The notes beneath the pieces were generated by a model that saw nothing but the letters and a program-made list of their open reading frames with translations, made no database searches and was not told where the DNA came from. From IMG/VR virus record IMGVR_UViG_3300021431_000087, positions 32,001 to 96,000 of that record: a DNA stretch of 64,000 nucleotides; one strand, given 5' to 3'. A program made the position numbers and the translations under genes. The DNA comes from a virus (Duplodnaviria > Caudoviricetes). Of this stretch, positions 60,275 through 64,000 are shown one piece after another; position 1 is the stretch's first letter; each line of letters opens with the position of its first letter.

Positions 60275-60844
60275 ATGAAAACGTTAAAATTCCAAATTAC
60301 GGGTACACGGCCTTTGATGCTGAATAACCCGCGAACTGTCAACCCATTTGACAAGTATTCAAAACTATTGAAGCCGCTGACGAGCAAGCGCACCAAGACC
60401 GAGGACGACCTCATGGAGATTTCCCGCCTCAAGTTCCTTGCCAGTTTGTACGTTGACGAAAAAGGTTATTTCCTCCCTCAGGAGTGCATCGAGCGTAGTA
60501 TTATCGAAGCCGCCAAGGAGCGCAAACTCGGCAAGAAGTTTGAGCGCAGTTTCAACGTTATCGACCGTGCACCGCTTGACTTCAAGGACAACAAAAAGAA
60601 GCCTGAGCAACTTTTCGATATGGGTAATATGTACGTCGATGTCCGAGCCGTAGGCATCAAGAACGCTCGTATCACCACCACACGCGCCATCATTCCGAAC
60701 TGGAGTGCCACCTTTGAGTGCTGGTTTGACGAAACCCAACTTGACGAGAAGGAGGTGCTTGACGTGTTGGAGATTGCTGGTCTTCGCTATGGTGTCGGCA
60801 CGTACCGCCGCCTCTACGGACGATTCTCTGTGAAGAAGATTTAA
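60275..60844 (+). CDS. RAMP/Cas7-like RNA-binding protein (stand-alone, phage-encoded)
   Basis: N-terminal FQITGTRPLML, YFLPQECIERSI (IP-x-S-like) and C-terminal Gly loop GVGTYRRLYGRF; adjacent periodic RNA array. Confidence 0.65.
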   Translation: MKTLKFQITGTRPLMLNNPRTVNPFDKYSKLLKPLTSKRTKTEDDLMEISRLKFLASLYVDEKGYFLPQECIERSIIEAAKERKLGKKFERSFNVIDRAPLDFKDNKKKPEQLFDMGNMYVDVRAVGIKNARITTTRAIIPNWSATFECWFDETQLDEKEVLDVLEIAGLRYGVGTYRRLYGRFSVKKI

Positions 60845-60855
60845 CGCTTCATATT

Positions 60856-61443
60856 TGCAGAGTAGTATAGCAATGCGTAGAAGAACTCCCGTGACGGATT
60901 CCTTGCCGTGGTTCGACCCCACGGGCGGGAGCTATTCTCAGCTAAGTTTAGTAGAGCCTTGTGTAGACGAGACGAGTTTTGTTTAGCAAAGTTATGCGCA
61001 GTTTAGTTAAGACGAACTCCCACAATGGTTGTATGTAAGGTTCGATTCCTTCAGTGGGAGCATTTAGTCCAGATTCGTAAAGCACAGTGGAGTGTAGTAC
61101 AGTATGGCTCAGTTGAGAGAAGTTTAGTTCAGACCTGTACAGCAAAGACGAACTCCTATCATGGTGCAAGCATCGGTTCGATTCCGATGGTAGGAGCAAA
61201 AAGTTAAGTTCGGATTAGCAGAGTCCAGCGAAATATAGTTTAGCAGAGTAAAGAAGAACCCTCACTATGGTACAAGCCGTGGCTCGATTCCACGGGTGAG
61301 GGCAAAAAGTCCAGCAAAGACCAGTATAGCGAAGTGGTGTCTTGTATGGCTATGCAAAGCCATCCAAAGTTTAGCAAAGAACGGTTAAGTAAAGACGAAG
61401 GCAGTAACGGTTCACGTTGGGGTTCGATTCCCCGAACTGCCCA
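60856..61443 (+). ncRNA. array of 5-nt-periodic guide-like tracts separated by five mini-tRNA-like hairpins
   Basis: Tracts 60940-61014, 61066-61150, 61202-61256 and 61308-61397; hairpins 60886-60931, 61017-61060, 61153-61196, 61259-61302 and 61400-61441. Confidence 0.85.
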
Positions 61444-61473
61444 AAATGTTTAACATTTAAAACATAAGCGAAT

Positions 61474-61947
61474 ATGGAGAATAAAAAAGAATTGACGGCA
61501 GAGGTGCTTAATCCTCTGATGGCTGAAATAGCCGAAAAGTTTGGTGACGGTGCGCTCATTCCTCACGAATGGCTGCGCAAGAAGTTCGACATCAAAGATC
61601 CTTCAATGGCTGACTGCGAAAGCGAAGAGGACTTTATCGCCAGACTGCGTGAGCAGCAGTTCCTCTATATGGGGTGCATCGACCAACTGCGATGGGCAAT
61701 GCTTCAGAAAGAGCAAATGTACCTAAAGAACGAGTGGGGTGACGGATATTCCATCCTACTGCCAACAGAGCAGGTTTCTTTCGGCTACAACGAGTTTGTG
61801 AAGACCATCAAGAAAGCCACTAAAGAAGCGGATGCCATCATCAATAATGTGCGCCCCGTTCCCGACATCAACGCTGCGAAAGACAATGACATTCGTGCAA
61901 GGTTCGGGATGATGCGTGATATGCTGGCAAGCATAAAGAAAAGATAG
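61474..61947 (+). CDS. hypothetical partner protein of the RAMP-array locus
   Basis: Co-directional with the RAMP gene and array; LKNEWGDGYSIL resembles a wHTH wing. Confidence 0.6.
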   Translation: MENKKELTAEVLNPLMAEIAEKFGDGALIPHEWLRKKFDIKDPSMADCESEEDFIARLREQQFLYMGCIDQLRWAMLQKEQMYLKNEWGDGYSILLPTEQVSFGYNEFVKTIKKATKEADAIINNVRPVPDINAAKDNDIRARFGMMRDMLASIKKR

Positions 61948-61980
61948 AATAGTTAATGTTAATTTGTACATATTTTGGCA

Positions 61981-62012
61981 AGCCTGTCCGTGATGGATAG
62001 GCTCTGCTTTTT
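61981..62012 (+). terminator. intrinsic terminator closing the RAMP-array operon
   Basis: AGCCTGTCC-GTGAT-GGATAGGCT followed by CTGCTTTTT. Confidence 0.65.
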
Positions 62013-63432
62013 ATAGAAAATCTGACAATATTTGATCGTCAGACGCACCGCCTACAACCCCTCCTCTTTCAATAATCATCGTAAGGACATCTTCTGCGTC
62101 ATCATGTGCATTTCTTCCTTCCTTTCGGTAACTTTTCACGGATGAAGCGAACTCTGGCCATCGACGTTCCCAATCCACAGGAAATACAATCATATTGTTT
62201 ACTTCACAAGCCCTTGTGAAGATTCTGACATTTTTGTTGTGGTGCTGCGTGAAAGTAATAAAAGTCGTTTTGTGGTTTTCGTACTCACGACTTATACGTT
62301 CCACGTTTCTGGCAAAAGCCCTGCCTCCATTATTTGATTCAATGACACAATACCTTATCTCATATTTCGCTAAATCCTGCGCCAACATTTGTTCCGTTGC
62401 CTCTTGGCTTTTCTTTGTGTATATAACACTCGTCACGTAGTATCCATCTTTCATTGAAAGGTAGGTTATGCTACACAAATAATCCTCGCCAACATCTGCG
62501 GTGTCGCAACAACAGCACATTGTCCCCAGCTTGACGGGAGGTAAAACTTCATAAGTACGAAATGCGTGCTCATAAAGCAAGCCTTCTAAAGGCATAGGAT
62601 TTTGTTGGTATTGTGTTTGAAAAACATACGAATTGGCAGCATTTATCTTATCAAGTTCCTCAAGTGTATGCTTGTATGGCCACAGTGCTTCACGCTCTCC
62701 GTTCTCGTTTATCTGTATAACTGGCAGTGATATCACCCGCCACTCGTCTGGTTCTATTTCCTGCAAATAGCCGCAGAGGTCATGCTCATGCAAACGCTGC
62801 ATGATAATGATAATGGGTGTGTTACGGGAATTGACGCGGTTTCTGATTGTTGTTTCAAAACGTCGGTTCACACGCTCACGGACAACATCGGAAAGGGCAT
62901 CCTCCGGCTTGATAGGGTCATCGATAATGATCGCGCCACCAAAACGATACGGTTCACATTCCCTTTCGACAAGACCAGCACCGAAACCCGTAATCTGACC
63001 GAGCGTAGATGTGGCGTACAAGCCACCTCCTTGGTCGGTTTCCCACTGAGATTTCATATTCTTTCCGTAGGTGATACGGGTAGGATAGAGCCGTTGATAT
63101 TCTTCGTTTTGAACTATATTTTTTACGGCAATAGAGTTGTCTTGTGCAAGGTTGGCAGAATAAGAGAGGTGGATGAATTTGGCAGAAGGATTGACGGCTA
63201 ACCCCATAGCAATGAAGTTCTTTACTGCAAGTTCCGTTTTTCCATACCTCGGCGACAAATTAATAATAAGTTTATTACATTTTCCGTTAAGGACATCATC
63301 AAGGGCATCACAGATAAGCTTGTGGTGCCTGCCTATGATGAACTTCATGTCGTTGTTCTGCTTGAAGAAGTACCTTGTGAAGTTAAGGGAACTCTTCAGC
63401 GTCCAAGCCCTCAAAATGTCCGTGTCTGTCAT
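62011..63432 (-). CDS. terL: terminase large subunit
   Basis: Walker A SPRYGKT, IIIDDPIKP, MQRLHEHDL, YQQNP, ESNNGG, HDDAED. Confidence 0.95.
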   Translation of the reverse strand: MTDTDILRAWTLKSSLNFTRYFFKQNNDMKFIIGRHHKLICDALDDVLNGKCNKLIINLSPRYGKTELAVKNFIAMGLAVNPSAKFIHLSYSANLAQDNSIAVKNIVQNEEYQRLYPTRITYGKNMKSQWETDQGGGLYATSTLGQITGFGAGLVERECEPYRFGGAIIIDDPIKPEDALSDVVRERVNRRFETTIRNRVNSRNTPIIIIMQRLHEHDLCGYLQEIEPDEWRVISLPVIQINENGEREALWPYKHTLEELDKINAANSYVFQTQYQQNPMPLEGLLYEHAFRTYEVLPPVKLGTMCCCCDTADVGEDYLCSITYLSMKDGYYVTSVIYTKKSQEATEQMLAQDLAKYEIRYCVIESNNGGRAFARNVERISREYENHKTTFITFTQHHNKNVRIFTRACEVNNMIVFPVDWERRWPEFASSVKSYRKEGRNAHDDAEDVLTMIIERGGVVGGASDDQILSDFL

Positions 63433-63824
63433 TTCACCTTACCTTGCTTTACCTTCCAACAGCAATCGAAAATCCACTCTATCAAGTATGCCGCAAACTC
63501 CTCCATCCCGTCACTGTCATAGTCTGGGAGGTCGGCGTTAATCTCGCTGACAAATGCCGTAAGGGCGTGATAGCATTCGTGAACAAGCTGTTTCGCCTCT
63601 AACCCCGTGTCAAAGAAGAAAACGATACCGAGCCTGTTGTCGGATTTCCGCTCGCACTTGCATACCCACGCATCGACATAGCGCATATCCACGTCGTCTT
63701 CCGTCAGCTCTTCGCCTCCCTTCTTGCGAAAGTGTTCCCTGACGAACTCCCCAGAACCTTTGACTATCCACAACAGACGAGGATAGAGAATAGGGTCAAA
63801 CTCGTATATTCTCCCCTTGCTCAT
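63429..63824 (-). CDS. HExxH zincin-like protein
   Basis: LVHECYHA..EEFAAYLIEW. Confidence 0.6.
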   Translation of the reverse strand: MSKGRIYEFDPILYPRLLWIVKGSGEFVREHFRKKGGEELTEDDVDMRYVDAWVCKCERKSDNRLGIVFFFDTGLEAKQLVHECYHALTAFVSEINADLPDYDSDGMEEFAAYLIEWIFDCCWKVKQGKVK

Positions 63825-64000
63825 TTGAAATAGAACTCATCGAACTGCTCGGAAAGGAATCCTGCGAGATACGCAGCAGACTCTATGTCGTTCACTCCGC
63901 ACCATTGGAGTATCCTGTCCTCCACGTGCCGTTTCTCATGCCCGTAACGATTCCTCTTTATTCTTCCGTTCGTCATCCGATAGAAGATTACTAACATTTG

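Noticed and set aside
60886-61443. Canonical tRNA cluster or CRISPR array
   Set aside because: Units are only 42-46 nt with no anticodon arm, repeats are not identical, and the spacers are internally periodic
60948-61559. Short ORFs overlapping the array (60948-61199, 61025-61207, 61371-61559)
   Set aside because: The 5-nt periodicity and covarying hairpins are better explained as RNA; no coding features
62548-62598. Direct self-targeting of the resident terL or amidoligase
   Set aside because: About half of the dinucleotides mismatch, many as plausible amino-acid substitutions, which fits a related phage's homolog better

Overview
This is a 64-kb segment of a large tailed dsDNA phage infecting Bacteroidota, inferred from many TAnnTTTG -7 promoter boxes. 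It contains a siphovirus-like head/neck/tail block (5.1-11.2 kb, minus strand), a separate portal gene (15.2 kb, plus) and a terminase large subunit (62-63.4 kb, minus). It also has long runs of small accessory ORFs, two NUMOD4-HNH endonucleases, a PurA-like/VWA module, an amidoligase/GATase pair, and metK, pfs/mtnN and luxS (SAM cycle/AI-2). The standout is at 60.2-62.0 kb: a 189-aa RAMP/Cas7-like gene, then a 600-nt non-coding array, then a 157-aa partner gene. The array has four tracts of strict 5-nt periodicity (mostly AGH-NN) punctuated by five mini-tRNA-like hairpins. Reading only the variable NN dinucleotides with a 1-nt gap, two tracts clearly spell codon positions 1-2 of motifs resembling this phage's own terminase and amidoligase, and a third weakly resembles the amidoligase C-terminus. 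All are diverged from the resident copies. This suggests a wobble-skipping RNA-guided system aimed at related competitor phages. All alignments were done by hand and no database searches were run.
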